Source: a virus
Taxonomy: Duplodnaviria; Caudoviricetes
Virus record (IMG/VR): IMGVR_UViG_2751186034_000001
Span: 1 to 64,000 of that record
Direction: 5' to 3' (one strand)
DNA: 64,000 bases
The position numbers were made by a program, and so were the translations under genes. Shown one piece after another: positions 47,164 to 55,919 of the stretch (within the stretch, counting starts at the first letter, position 1; each line of letters begins with the position of its first letter). The notes under the pieces are model-generated. The model had not been told where the DNA came from. It worked only from the letters and a program-made list of their open reading frames with translations, and made no database searches.

Positions 47164-47984
47164 AGGGCCTCCAACACTTTCAGGACCTTGTCCTGGCGGG
47201 TCAGAAACTCAATATCGGCAGTCCAGCCCCGGTCGTTCTCACCGATCCAGTGCTTGTTGTTCAGGCAATCGGTGAAGTACGCGGTCCAGAACTCACCCTT
47301 GCGGAAGGGATGAACGCCGTTGATCTCCAGGTTCCAGCAGCCCTTGATCAGGTTCTTGCGTTTGGTCGAGAGCTTCAGGCACTTCGGCAGCTTCTCGCCG
47401 CAGACGGTGTTGTAGATCTCAGCGATTCGGCCGTACGGGATTCGATCAACCTTGGCTGCAGGAGGTTGATCAGGTTCTGGCGCGCCCTGCTGTTCCGGCT
47501 CAGATTCCAAATCCTCGCCGGTCGAAGCGTCAGCGGCGACAACTGCGTTAGCAGTTAGATTTGTATTTCTGTCTTTTATGTGTGTAATTTTCGACACGGT
47601 GGAAGGTGCGCTTTCTACACAGTGTGTAGTTTTCGACACGGTGGATTTAGGGTCTATTTTCCATTCGGTTACGGGTAGAAAAGTGATCGGATCACGACTC
47701 CCGCCATCACGAAACAGAACCCGCTGACGGATCAGGGAGTTGATTGCTCGGGATACGTTTGCACGCTCCGACACGGCCTTCTCCTCGTCGCTGTACATCA
47801 TTTTAGAAATGTAGAGGGCCGCTACCTTCACCGCTTCCTTGTTGTAACCGCTGGTGAGCCTGTGGATCGCCAGGGCGACACGCAGCTCACGTCCTGAAAG
47901 GTCGGCACCTATCAAGGCTTCGTACAGGTCGTTGTCCATCCGGGTAAATCCCCCGGTATTGCGAAGTGGGATGACATTGCTCAT
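47160..47984 (-). CDS. Replication initiator (lambda O-like)
   Basis: GFTRMDN..Y N-terminus; WTADIEFL; internal iterons. Confidence 0.88.
   Translation of the reverse strand: MSNVIPLRNTGGFTRMDNDLYEALIGADLSGRELRVALAIHRLTSGYNKEAVKVAALYISKMMYSDEEKAVSERANVSRAINSLIRQRVLFRDGGSRDPITFLPVTEWKIDPKSTVSKTTHCVESAPSTVSKITHIKDRNTNLTANAVVAADASTGEDLESEPEQQGAPEPDQPPAAKVDRIPYGRIAEIYNTVCGEKLPKCLKLSTKRKNLIKGCWNLEINGVHPFRKGEFWTAYFTDCLNNKHWIGENDRGWTADIEFLTRQDKVLKVLEAL
47581..47645. repeat. Origin iterons within the O gene
   Basis: TGTGTA(A/G)TTTTCGACACGGTGGA at 47581-47603 and 47623-47645, with a degenerate copy between; AT-rich flank. Confidence 0.75.
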
Positions 47985-47986
47985 AC

Positions 47987-48247
47987 TTAATGCGTCCTGA
48001 TATTTGAAATGCTCGCTTCGGTTGCAGCCGAACGAGACAAAGAAGCCCGCAAATGACTCATGCAGTCGTTGCGGGCTTTTTTCTTGGCTGGCTCGCTGTA
48101 GGAAAGCCGAACCAGAAACGCAGCCTTCTCTGCTGCGAATTGATGAAACTCACGGGTGCCCGCCTCCACCGGCACTGAGTCAGCGAGTTTTTCCAAGGCC
48201 TCATCGAGACCCTGATTGATATGACGCGCAGGGTGCGGGCGAAACAT
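47987..48247 (-). CDS. Hypothetical protein
   Basis: Coupled between cII and O. Confidence 0.55.
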   Translation of the reverse strand: MFRPHPARHINQGLDEALEKLADSVPVEAGTREFHQFAAEKAAFLVRLSYSEPAKKKARNDCMSHLRASLSRSAATEASISNIRTH

Positions 48248-48723
48248 CAGGCCACCTTCACCGAGGCTTTCAATTGCGCCAGGGCGCTCTCGGCATGATC
48301 GATCTCGCGAAGAATCCGGGCGCGATCGACCTGGTCTACTCGACCATCAGCCATCGCCGCATGTGTCTCGACGGTGACTTCTGCAAACTCCAGGGTTGCG
48401 CGCCCCAGTGCGTCATGAATGTCGATAGCCTTAGGCTGGGCAGTCTTCACGATCGAATAGCCGAACTCGCCAGCCAGCGCAGCCAGTGGCCGCATGTCCT
48501 CGGTATGCAGCAGCAAGGAGTACAGGTGCTTCACGTTGAACCAAGCGCCGTCGTAGTTCGCGTTGGCGCGCTGGAGCAAGCTCACCGGCGGCATGCTCAT
48601 CAGTGTCGCGAGATTCTTGGTGTTCGCCTCTTCGACAGAGGTGTCGCAAGCCCTCAGAAAATCCTGCATACCTAAAACCTCGAATTTCTTTACGTGGCGC
48701 CCTGCGGGTGCAGAGGCGATCAT
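48247..48723 (-). CDS. CII-like regulator
   Basis: Position after cro; DGRVD..DRARI motif; start uncertain. Confidence 0.75.
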   Translation of the reverse strand: MIASAPAGRHVKKFEVLGMQDFLRACDTSVEEANTKNLATLMSMPPVSLLQRANANYDGAWFNVKHLYSLLLHTEDMRPLAALAGEFGYSIVKTAQPKAIDIHDALGRATLEFAEVTVETHAAMADGRVDQVDRARILREIDHAESALAQLKASVKVA

Positions 48724-48751
48724 TTGCTCAATGGAACGGCGGACAGGGATG

Positions 48752-48991
48752 TCAGGCGGCGGTCTTCTTCGGATGGGCCTCGGAAAGAAGCCAAGAAGGT
48801 TCGAATGGCTTGCCGTTAGCAGAAGCTAGGGCCGCGATTCTTTCTGCGTACCGTGTCTCTCCGGTGTATTCGGTGCGGGGCAGGCAGTCGGCGGTAAGCC
48901 ACTTGTAAACGGCCCGAGGCGTCTTGCCGCATGCCAGGGCAACCACCGGAACGCCGCCGGCATCATCAATTGATTTCTTAAGCGGGCTCAT
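48752..48991 (-). CDS. cro: Cro-like repressor
   Basis: HTH; LPRTEYTGETRYA; divergent from cI. Confidence 0.85.
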   Translation of the reverse strand: MSPLKKSIDDAGGVPVVALACGKTPRAVYKWLTADCLPRTEYTGETRYAERIAALASANGKPFEPSWLLSEAHPKKTAA

Positions 48992-49009
48992 GTGGCCACC
49001 AAGCGAAAT

Positions 49010-49083
49010 ATGAACTTGCAGTACATATTATGTCGGAACTGAAAGTACATGCAAGGCCATGCGATATTGAACCTATGGTTCAA
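49010..49083. promoter_or_regulatory. OR: three 17-bp operators
   Basis: ATGAAC-N5-GTACAT (49010), CGGAAC-N5-GTACAT (49034), TTGAAC-N5-GTTCAA (49067). Confidence 0.75.
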
Positions 49084-49935
49084 ATCGAAGAGATACGCGC
49101 AGCGTTTGCCTCTCGCCTCAAAAAATCCGTTGCCGCAAAAGGCATCGATCAATGGGGCGCGGGCGCTCGGCTGTCTGAAATAGCCAAGGTCACCCCGAAA
49201 GCAGCCAGCAAATGGCTGAACGGTGAGAGCATTCCAGGTCCTGCCAAAATGCAGGCTATAGCTGAGGCGCTCGACGTGAAAATCGAGTGGCTACAGCATG
49301 GGGCAGGTGATGAGCCGGGACACTCCAGCTTACACATGACCAAAGACCCAGCGAGCGCAGATAGGCTGTCTGCCGCCGATCTAGTGCGTGACATGCTTGA
49401 AAAGCACGGAAAGGGTTTGCCAAAAGAAGTACGCCAGCGCATTGCGTCAGCGGCAAATGAGCCGGCGAGCAACGTCATCACCGTCGACTTCTCCCGCCCC
49501 GGCCAGGTCGGTGACGAGGTGTGGATCGCTCACTACGACGTTCGCGCAGCCATGGGCGGCGGGCAGATCCCGCACGAATACCCGGAAATGCTCCAGGATA
49601 TCAGGGTCAGCCCCAAGCACCTGCGCGACCTAGGCGTCACCTTCAAAGAGCACTTCCACCTCAAGATGATCACCGGGTGGGGTCAGTCGATGGCCCCCAC
49701 GATCAAGGACCGGGATCCGCTGCTGGTAGATATCACGATCCGGGAGTTCACCGGCGACGGCATCTACCTCTTCTCCCACGACGACATGCTGTACGTGAAG
49801 CGCCTGCAGAAGAAAGGCAAGGACCGCTTCAAGATGATTTCGGACAACAAGCACCACGCCGCCGAGGATATCCGAGTGGACGACACTCACATTCTGGCTC
49901 GGGTGCTTTACGTGTGGAACGGACAACCGGTGTGA
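49075..49935 (+). CDS. cI: CI repressor (HTH + S24 peptidase)
   Basis: HTH, AAMGGG cleavage region, GQSM and VKRL motifs. Confidence 0.93.
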   Translation: MVQIEEIRAAFASRLKKSVAAKGIDQWGAGARLSEIAKVTPKAASKWLNGESIPGPAKMQAIAEALDVKIEWLQHGAGDEPGHSSLHMTKDPASADRLSAADLVRDMLEKHGKGLPKEVRQRIASAANEPASNVITVDFSRPGQVGDEVWIAHYDVRAAMGGGQIPHEYPEMLQDIRVSPKHLRDLGVTFKEHFHLKMITGWGQSMAPTIKDRDPLLVDITIREFTGDGIYLFSHDDMLYVKRLQKKGKDRFKMISDNKHHAAEDIRVDDTHILARVLYVWNGQPV

Positions 49936-49939
49936 CGAC

Positions 49940-50176
49940 ATGGCCCTCACTAAACCCAACCAGCAGCTGCGTCGCGACCTGAAAGATGCTGCGGCCCTGC
50001 TCAAGTGGTCGGGCGTCGACCTGAAGCAGGCTGCTGTAAAGCTTTCTGATGCCGGCCAGGAAGATGACGCTCGCGAACTGATAGCGATCGCTATGAGGTT
50101 CCAGGAGGTCGAGGAGCTGATGGATGGGTATGCGGATGAGGTAAAGACGGCGCATATAACGCGCGTCAGTCGCTAG
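49940..50176 (+). CDS. Small helical protein, paralogue A
   Basis: KPNQ.L.RDL...LKWS...GYADEVK motif shared with 50409-50654. Confidence 0.75.
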   Translation: MALTKPNQQLRRDLKDAAALLKWSGVDLKQAAVKLSDAGQEDDARELIAIAMRFQEVEELMDGYADEVKTAHITRVSR

Positions 50177-50207
50177 GTAAATAATCGCACAGATAAATGC
50201 GGAGAAC

Positions 50208-50399
50208 ATGGCTATGACGCAGACTGCAAAATCTGAGATTGAAGCTTACTCGGCGAACCTTGAAGCTATCGCCGAAACGCTGGCCAGTCAGGCAGTGGAA
50301 TTAATGAATGCAGGCCTTATCGATCTCGGCGAAGCAGCCCTGGAGCAGTCCGTAAAGCTCAGAGACGCCATTGAGCGCCTTCGAGCCATAGATCTGTAA
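50208..50399 (+). CDS. Small helical protein
   Basis: GGAG RBS; intact ORF. Confidence 0.6.
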   Translation: MAMTQTAKSEIEAYSANLEAIAETLASQAVELMNAGLIDLGEAALEQSVKLRDAIERLRAIDL

Positions 50400-50408
50400 G
50401 GACGCATT

Positions 50409-50654
50409 ATGACCCTCGACAAACCAAACCAAGACCTTAAGCGCGACTTGCAAGGCGTCGCCTCCGACCTCAAGTGGTCAGCCGTAGAGCTGATGAGGAT
50501 TGCGGAGCGGCTGAGCCTTGCAGGGAGCGAGGCGGACGCCCAGGCCGTGCTGAAGATGTGCACCGTGTTTCATGCTGATGAGGATCGACTGGCGGGTTAT
50601 GCGGATGAGGTGAAGGACTGCCGGATAATTCGGACTGCGGAACAGCGCAAATGA
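50409..50654 (+). CDS. Small helical protein, paralogue B
   Basis: Similar to 49940-50176. Confidence 0.75.
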   Translation: MTLDKPNQDLKRDLQGVASDLKWSAVELMRIAERLSLAGSEADAQAVLKMCTVFHADEDRLAGYADEVKDCRIIRTAEQRK

Positions 50655-50866
50655 CTGCATGGCGAGAGCAAAGCTTCTGGAGCAAGGTGGGGGTCATTGC
50701 CTGGCTGGCGCTGCTTATGATGATCCCCGGATACTCCGACGCAGCTGGTCTTAGCTGGGGTTCATCCGGCCGCAAGCGAGTCTTCAGCCCTGGCTTCGTT
50801 GTGCTCTGCACCATCGTGGCGGTGGTTGAGCTGATAGCGCTGAATCACTTTTATGGCAGCGGATGA
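50651..50866 (+). CDS. Small membrane protein
   Basis: Two TM segments; ATGA overlap. Confidence 0.65.
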   Translation: MTAWREQSFWSKVGVIAWLALLMMIPGYSDAAGLSWGSSGRKRVFSPGFVVLCTIVAVVELIALNHFYGSG

Positions 50867-50955
50867 GGTGAATGCGGGAAGCATAATCAGAACGTAACCG
50901 GGCCGTACGACTAAGAAGGTTACGCATTTAAATTTAGCTCAGGGATAGTGCGGCT

Positions 50956-51699
50956 ATGTCGGACCTAGTAACAGCTGTCGAAATTGTTCGACAAAGCCAT
51001 CAGGGAATATCCATAAAGCCTTTCATTGTTCGTGCTGACGATGGTGAAACCTACTTTGTAAAAGGGCTTTCCAAATCTGGCGGTCCGGCACTGATATCGG
51101 AGTTACTCAGCGCAGAATTGGGCAAAATTCTCGGGTTGCCTATTCCTCCATGGAAAAAGATGGTCGTACCTCAAGACCTGATCGACTTCAGCGTGGTTCC
51201 AAACGTCTCCGATCTGGAGGGGGGATTAGCCTTCGCATCGCAAGCGGTCGAAAGCGCCGTAGATTTCAACATTGCCCATCTGAAATCCACCCCTCGAGAC
51301 CTGATGAGGAAGGTTCTACTTTTTGATTGGTGGGTACAAAATGGTGACAGGATTCTCGGTCCAATGGGTGGGAACGTGAACCTTCTATTGGACAGCCGTG
51401 GCGAGCTAGCCGTCATCGATCACAACATGGCATTTCATAAGTCATTCAATCAGGAGGAATTTCTAGAAGAGCACGTATTCTGCGAGTGCCGTAAAGATTT
51501 TAGGGACTACCTCGTTCGTCAGGAATACACTGATATCCTCAGCAAGGCGCTGTCGAACTGGGATACGATCACCACCTTTTTGACCGAAGACTGGCTTTAT
51601 AGGGATGCAGACCTCATCGACCTGACAGAGCCAACGCTAGCAAGCCGGCTAGAAATTCTGCAGATGTTCAAGGAAGAGCGATTCTGGGGGGCCCTATGA
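50956..51699 (+). CDS. HipA-like kinase
   Basis: YFVK, SELL, FDWWVQNGDR, NVNLL, IDHNMAF motifs. Confidence 0.88.
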   Translation: MSDLVTAVEIVRQSHQGISIKPFIVRADDGETYFVKGLSKSGGPALISELLSAELGKILGLPIPPWKKMVVPQDLIDFSVVPNVSDLEGGLAFASQAVESAVDFNIAHLKSTPRDLMRKVLLFDWWVQNGDRILGPMGGNVNLLLDSRGELAVIDHNMAFHKSFNQEEFLEEHVFCECRKDFRDYLVRQEYTDILSKALSNWDTITTFLTEDWLYRDADLIDLTEPTLASRLEILQMFKEERFWGAL

Positions 51700-52538
51700 G
51701 AATCATATGTAATTATTCAATTTTGAGGTTTCTCCCTTACCCAGAGACGGGTGAGTTTGTAAACATCGGGATAGTGTTGTTGGCCAATAACGGTGATTTT
51801 CGTTTCGTCGTAGAGACCAAACGCCAGCGCGTAACAACATTTTTCCCAAGTCTTGATGCCAAGATTTTTATCAGGGCACGAAAAGAAGTAAATGCTGAGC
51901 TTGCTAGGCTCAGCGGCTTTTTCACGAGCCATAGATCTGATCGCCAAGCCCTCTCTGCGACATTCAGCCACCTGGTGCATCCGCGGGAAACGATGATGCG
52001 CTTCAGTGAGCCTGGATCAATAGTTGCGGCAAATTCAGACCAGGCACTAAAGGCTCTATTTGACCACTATGTGAAGCACAGCTTTGCAACAAAGGAATAT
52101 CAAGAAGCAGCTCTAGAGAAACAGTTAGGCAGGCTGTTGGCTGACGTTAATCTGAAGCAGCACTACGTGGATCGAAAGCTGGGCTCAGCTGACTACCCAG
52201 TGAAATTTCCATTCGTACTGATCCAGGGCGGTAAGCCTGTGCAGGCAATCAAACCATTGCACCTTGGTCACGAAGAATCCGGAAAAATTTATGAACACGG
52301 GGATGCATGGATATCACGAGTGCGACGCCTAAGCGCAAAGGGCCAGCTACCACCTGATACCTTGTTTGTCGCGGGCCCTCCTATCGCTGGAAAGCCGAAG
52401 CTTTTTAAGGCTTATAAAGAAGTTTCAATAGAATTGAGTGCGTTTCCAGAGGTTCGCGTGATCAGTTCAGAAGAAGATCGAGCAAGCATGGTGAGTCTAA
52501 TTAAGGAAGGCATTCCAGCCTCGGCTGAAATAGCTTAG
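51696..52538 (+). CDS. DUF3037 family protein
   Basis: YSILRFLPYPETGEFVNIGIVL; ATGA overlap with the kinase. Confidence 0.85.
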   Translation: MRIICNYSILRFLPYPETGEFVNIGIVLLANNGDFRFVVETKRQRVTTFFPSLDAKIFIRARKEVNAELARLSGFFTSHRSDRQALSATFSHLVHPRETMMRFSEPGSIVAANSDQALKALFDHYVKHSFATKEYQEAALEKQLGRLLADVNLKQHYVDRKLGSADYPVKFPFVLIQGGKPVQAIKPLHLGHEESGKIYEHGDAWISRVRRLSAKGQLPPDTLFVAGPPIAGKPKLFKAYKEVSIELSAFPEVRVISSEEDRASMVSLIKEGIPASAEIA

Positions 52539-52624
52539 GTAAAGCCCGGCCAAGCGCCGGGCTTCTTGTTTCTCCACCTTGAGATGATAAAATCTGTGCC
52601 CTCCTCTCGAATGGACTCGTTTTT

Positions 52625-52969
52625 ATGCGCCTATCCTTGATGCCATTGGCCTTCTGCGCCCTATTCACCTGCATTTCCTTCACCGCCCAAGCAGAAACCC
52701 AAAAAGAGAGAGACCTCCACTGCGCGGCCTACTACGAAGTGCTTTCAGTAGCTGGTGACCAGCCAGACATAAGCCGCAGTCAGTCCTCAAGAGCCTCCTA
52801 TGTACTATTGGTGCATGCTGGCTATACCCCGGAGGCTCAGGAAGAAGTTGCGCAAAAAATGGTGGAATTGCACAAAGAGACACCAGGGCGGATGACGCCA
52901 GCTAGCACTGCCAAGCTGCGTGAAAAATACGACGCCGAATGCAAAGTCCTTCTGAAGGCCGCCATGTGA
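52625..52969 (+). CDS. Exported protein
   Basis: Signal peptide (AQA); two Cys in the mature part. Confidence 0.7.
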   Translation: MRLSLMPLAFCALFTCISFTAQAETQKERDLHCAAYYEVLSVAGDQPDISRSQSSRASYVLLVHAGYTPEAQEEVAQKMVELHKETPGRMTPASTAKLREKYDAECKVLLKAAM

Positions 52970-53118
52970 AGATCCTGGTACTTGTGAGAGCTGTTACCCT
53001 GGCGGTAGCAGCATAAGCAGCCATCATCGAGCCCGGCCCTGCGCCGGGCTTCTTGTATCTGGCGAACGCTCTGCTCTGCTATTGTGGCGCCCTCTTGATG
53101 CAATGGAAGCAAAGAAGA

Positions 53119-53445
53119 ATGGACTCATGGAAGACTCTAGCGATCGCACTGCTGGCATCGGTCAGCACGCAGGCCGTATCAGGTGATGGCGCCAACCCTA
53201 TCGCTGCCGCGATATTTCTCACAATCTCCGCGCCAACTATTTTAATTGGCGCGACCACATCTCTCACAACCGAGCCGCCTAAGATTTTCAAATCGGCGAA
53301 GACCGACGCTCTGGCGTTCATTGGTTCGGATGGCGAGATCCGCGGTGCCCAGTTTGAGCAAGCCTCCAGGTACTACCGCTCGACCAGCGCACCGCCGCTG
53401 ATGTCAGACACGCAACTGGCCAGGGCGATCGCAACTTCCCTCTGA
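53119..53445 (+). CDS. DUF2388 family protein
   Basis: AKTDALAFIGSDGEIRGAQFEQA motif. Confidence 0.75.
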   Translation: MDSWKTLAIALLASVSTQAVSGDGANPIAAAIFLTISAPTILIGATTSLTTEPPKIFKSAKTDALAFIGSDGEIRGAQFEQASRYYRSTSAPPLMSDTQLARAIATSL

Positions 53446-53491
53446 CAGCCACTTCCCAGCCGTCCACGGCGCCGGCCTTCTTGTATCTGCC

Positions 53492-53713
53492 CTACCCAGG
53501 TCCGCCCATACACTCGGAGGTGCTGGCAAGCAATGTTCCCGCCTCCCTTACAAGTCTTACCCATTCGTCGCTGGTGATGAGCTCGGCAAGCTCCATGGCG
53601 TCAGCCCGCCGCAACAAGCCAAAATACTTAACCTCTGCGTCCATTTGACTTCCAGCAAGTGCAAACAGGTCTCGCCAGGCTGTCATAGCCAGTCTTCGCT
53701 GCGCCTCTCTCAT
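53492..53713 (-). CDS. Small helical protein (W..LL/EW.ELV family)
   Basis: AW..L...RRADAM...I..DEW.RLV.EA. Confidence 0.6.
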   Translation of the reverse strand: MREAQRRLAMTAWRDLFALAGSQMDAEVKYFGLLRRADAMELAELITSDEWVRLVREAGTLLASTSECMGGPG

Positions 53714-54154
53714 TGAGGGCCCCTGATGATGAGATGACTCAGTATGTATCAGGTTGCCGGGGACGTTCGGAATGATCTCGTAATTGCCGACAAATGGTGG
53801 CATTACGCCATGAACGGCAAGATATTGGCTTAGCCACGCTGAATAATCGGCGCCCTAGTTGTTACAAAGCGCCCGCCCCGTGCGGGCTTTCTGCTTTTGC
53901 GACATCCTTTTCACCTGGCATATTCAGGATAGCGGCCATGCTCTCCATTCCTTCTACTGGAGACCAAATCGTTGCCCTTCCCCGGATACTCACTGACCTG
54001 ACTCAATGGATATCCCGGCGTAGAGCAGCGCTTCTTGTTTCTAGATGACGATCGGATAGTTTTTCCTCGGTTAACTATCAACCTGCTTCTATGTACATTG
54101 ATGTCATTATGCCGCATAACGGTCTTATCGCATTTATACGCAGGGGATGCCTAA

Positions 54155-54424
54155 GTGAAAGTCTTTATGCTGGGTATCCTGATCCCACTCTGCGAATTCA
54201 GCTATTTAGGTACTAGCGGCGACAACGAGGTCGCGCTGTTTGCCAACATTCTGTTCTTCTCAAGCGCTACAGCTCTGTATTTCTACCCATCAATATGCGC
54301 AATGGGCCATACCAGTCAAACTCGCTTATCGATCTTCAAGCTGAATCTGCTAGCTGGCTGGACCGGAGTCGGTTGGTGTTTAGCGCTATATCAGGCCTTG
54401 GCGTTGCCGCTGGCGAGCGAGTAA
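54155..54424 (+). CDS. Superinfection immunity protein (T4 Imm-like)
   Basis: YFYPSI...IFKLNLLAGWTGVGWCLAL motif. Confidence 0.75.
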   Translation: MKVFMLGILIPLCEFSYLGTSGDNEVALFANILFFSSATALYFYPSICAMGHTSQTRLSIFKLNLLAGWTGVGWCLALYQALALPLASE

Positions 54425-54619
54425 TTCGAGCCCGACTTGTTGTCTCCGCCCTTCCTTGACCGCTTTCTAACTTGGTCTACGATCAAATAGTCGAGCTGCA
54501 AGTCCCCCTCCGTGCTCGACCTTAGCTCGCATATGCGAGCTTTTTTGTTTGCTTCCCGATTTGCGACAAAGGATCGAGCTCTACGGCGGTAACGACGGAT
54601 GAGCGAGCCACTAGGGTGT

Positions 54620-54841
54620 TTAAGGGCCCACGTCATTCTCGCTACCTTCCCCCACCAAAATTATGGACGCGTCACGAACAAGGTGACGCCACTCGGCAGG
54701 GCTGATGATGCCTGCTTGCTCTAAAGAATCAGCCATCTGGAGGAGCAGATCGTAAAGCTCTTCGGGGTCGATGTAGAGCTTTGGTTCTTCGAGCATGCGG
54801 TGCCAAGTGGCCAGCGCAATTACTTTACTGTCTTTGCTCAT
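54620..54841 (-). CDS. Small helical protein (W..LL/EW.ELV family)
   Basis: WH.ML..P...DPEE.Y..LL.MAD.L...GII...EW..LV..A. Confidence 0.65.
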   Translation of the reverse strand: MSKDSKVIALATWHRMLEEPKLYIDPEELYDLLLQMADSLEQAGIISPAEWRHLVRDASIILVGEGSENDVGP

Positions 54842-54961
54842 AACGACACGCCGAGTATTTTTTATTGGGTTAGCCAAGCTTCGTCTTTCTAGCCGCGGCA
54901 GCTCTAATAGTAGCTGTTCGCCACGAATGGTAAAGTGCGGGCTCAATTAAGGAGGGAACAA

Positions 54962-55537
54962 ATGAAGGGATTTGGAACGTTCGCACTGATCGTCGGGATA
55001 TGCTGGCTGGTCTTCGCGCTGAGCATGGATGTATCCGTGGCAACCGGTGCCGGCGGCCGAGTGAACAACATGGGGCTGATGGCCGACCGGCAGATCCATA
55101 CGATTGTCGGCGGCATGATCGCGCTCGCCGGCCTGCTCATGGTTTTGCTGGGCGGCAAAGGCTCCCGTACTGCCACCCAGGTAGAGAAAGATACTCGCTC
55201 CTGCCCTATGTGTGCCGAGAGCATCAAGAATGCTGCGGTCAAGTGCAAGCACTGCGGCGCCGATATTGAGCCAGTAGCAGCCCCGCGCCCTAAAAATGGA
55301 TGGGTTGCATCAACTGCCTGCCGTGACGAAGAAGAACAGCAGCGAACCATTGAGGCAATTGCCAGCACCGGACTTCCGGTTGTTCCAATGATCGGTCTGG
55401 CAGTGGGTGCCGGCCCATTTGAAACGAAAGAAGAGGCAAAACAGGCCCTGGTCACTATGCGTGATGGCCCCAGGTTGTTCAGCGAGATCGTCTACAGAGA
55501 CTCGGTGAGCGGCAAGTACCCACCGATTACAGACTGA
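54962..55537 (+). CDS. Membrane protein with Zn ribbon and SPOR-like tail
   Basis: Two TM segments; CPMCAE...CKHCG; GPFETKEEA. Confidence 0.75.
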   Translation: MKGFGTFALIVGICWLVFALSMDVSVATGAGGRVNNMGLMADRQIHTIVGGMIALAGLLMVLLGGKGSRTATQVEKDTRSCPMCAESIKNAAVKCKHCGADIEPVAAPRPKNGWVASTACRDEEEQQRTIEAIASTGLPVVPMIGLAVGAGPFETKEEAKQALVTMRDGPRLFSEIVYRDSVSGKYPPITD

Positions 55538-55585
55538 CCAACCATTTTTTAGTGAGCCCGCCAAGCGCGGGCTTTTTCTTGTCAG

Positions 55586-55897
55586 TCAGAAAGGCGCCGC
55601 CTCCTCTTCCAGCTCGAACGCGACATCTCCCCTCTCCGCTACCTCGACGTCCTGTTGTTCCCACCTCACCGTCACACTGCCGTCGTCATTGAGCGTCAGC
55701 TCCAGTTCGTCCGTATCGGCGATTACGCTCAGCACCTCCTCCCACTCGCGGTCTCCATCCGTGTCCAGGCGGTGAATAGTCACCCAGCGCTGCGCCTGCG
55801 CGACCGGGTGATTGATCATCGACGAAACCCTCAGCCCAAGGCGCTCCATCCCGTTCATCTCCTGCCTCGCTACCGATGCCGCCTGCTTCTTCGCCAT
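55586..55897 (-). CDS. DUF1654 family protein
   Basis: ERLGLRVSSMINHP.AQ..RWVTIHRLDTD motif. Confidence 0.8.
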   Translation of the reverse strand: MAKKQAASVARQEMNGMERLGLRVSSMINHPVAQAQRWVTIHRLDTDGDREWEEVLSVIADTDELELTLNDDGSVTVRWEQQDVEVAERGDVAFELEEEAAPF

Positions 55898-55919
55898 GGA
55901 ATCATCTCTCGATTAAATA

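Larger units (their letters stand above)
52542..53489 (+). repeat. Repeated hairpin/terminator elements flanking cargo genes
   Basis: AGCC..GCGCCGG.CTTCTTGT(ATCTG) at 52542, 53030 and 53458; relatives at 53871 and 55555. Confidence 0.7.

Noticed and set aside
52542-53489. Spaced repeats as a CRISPR array or integron attC sites
   Set aside because: Spacers are gene-sized, repeats are degenerate terminators, no cas or intI gene, and no attC R/L boxes
53800-54620. ORFs 53911-54117 and 54391-54636
   Set aside because: No recognisable motifs or strong RBS; possibly remnants
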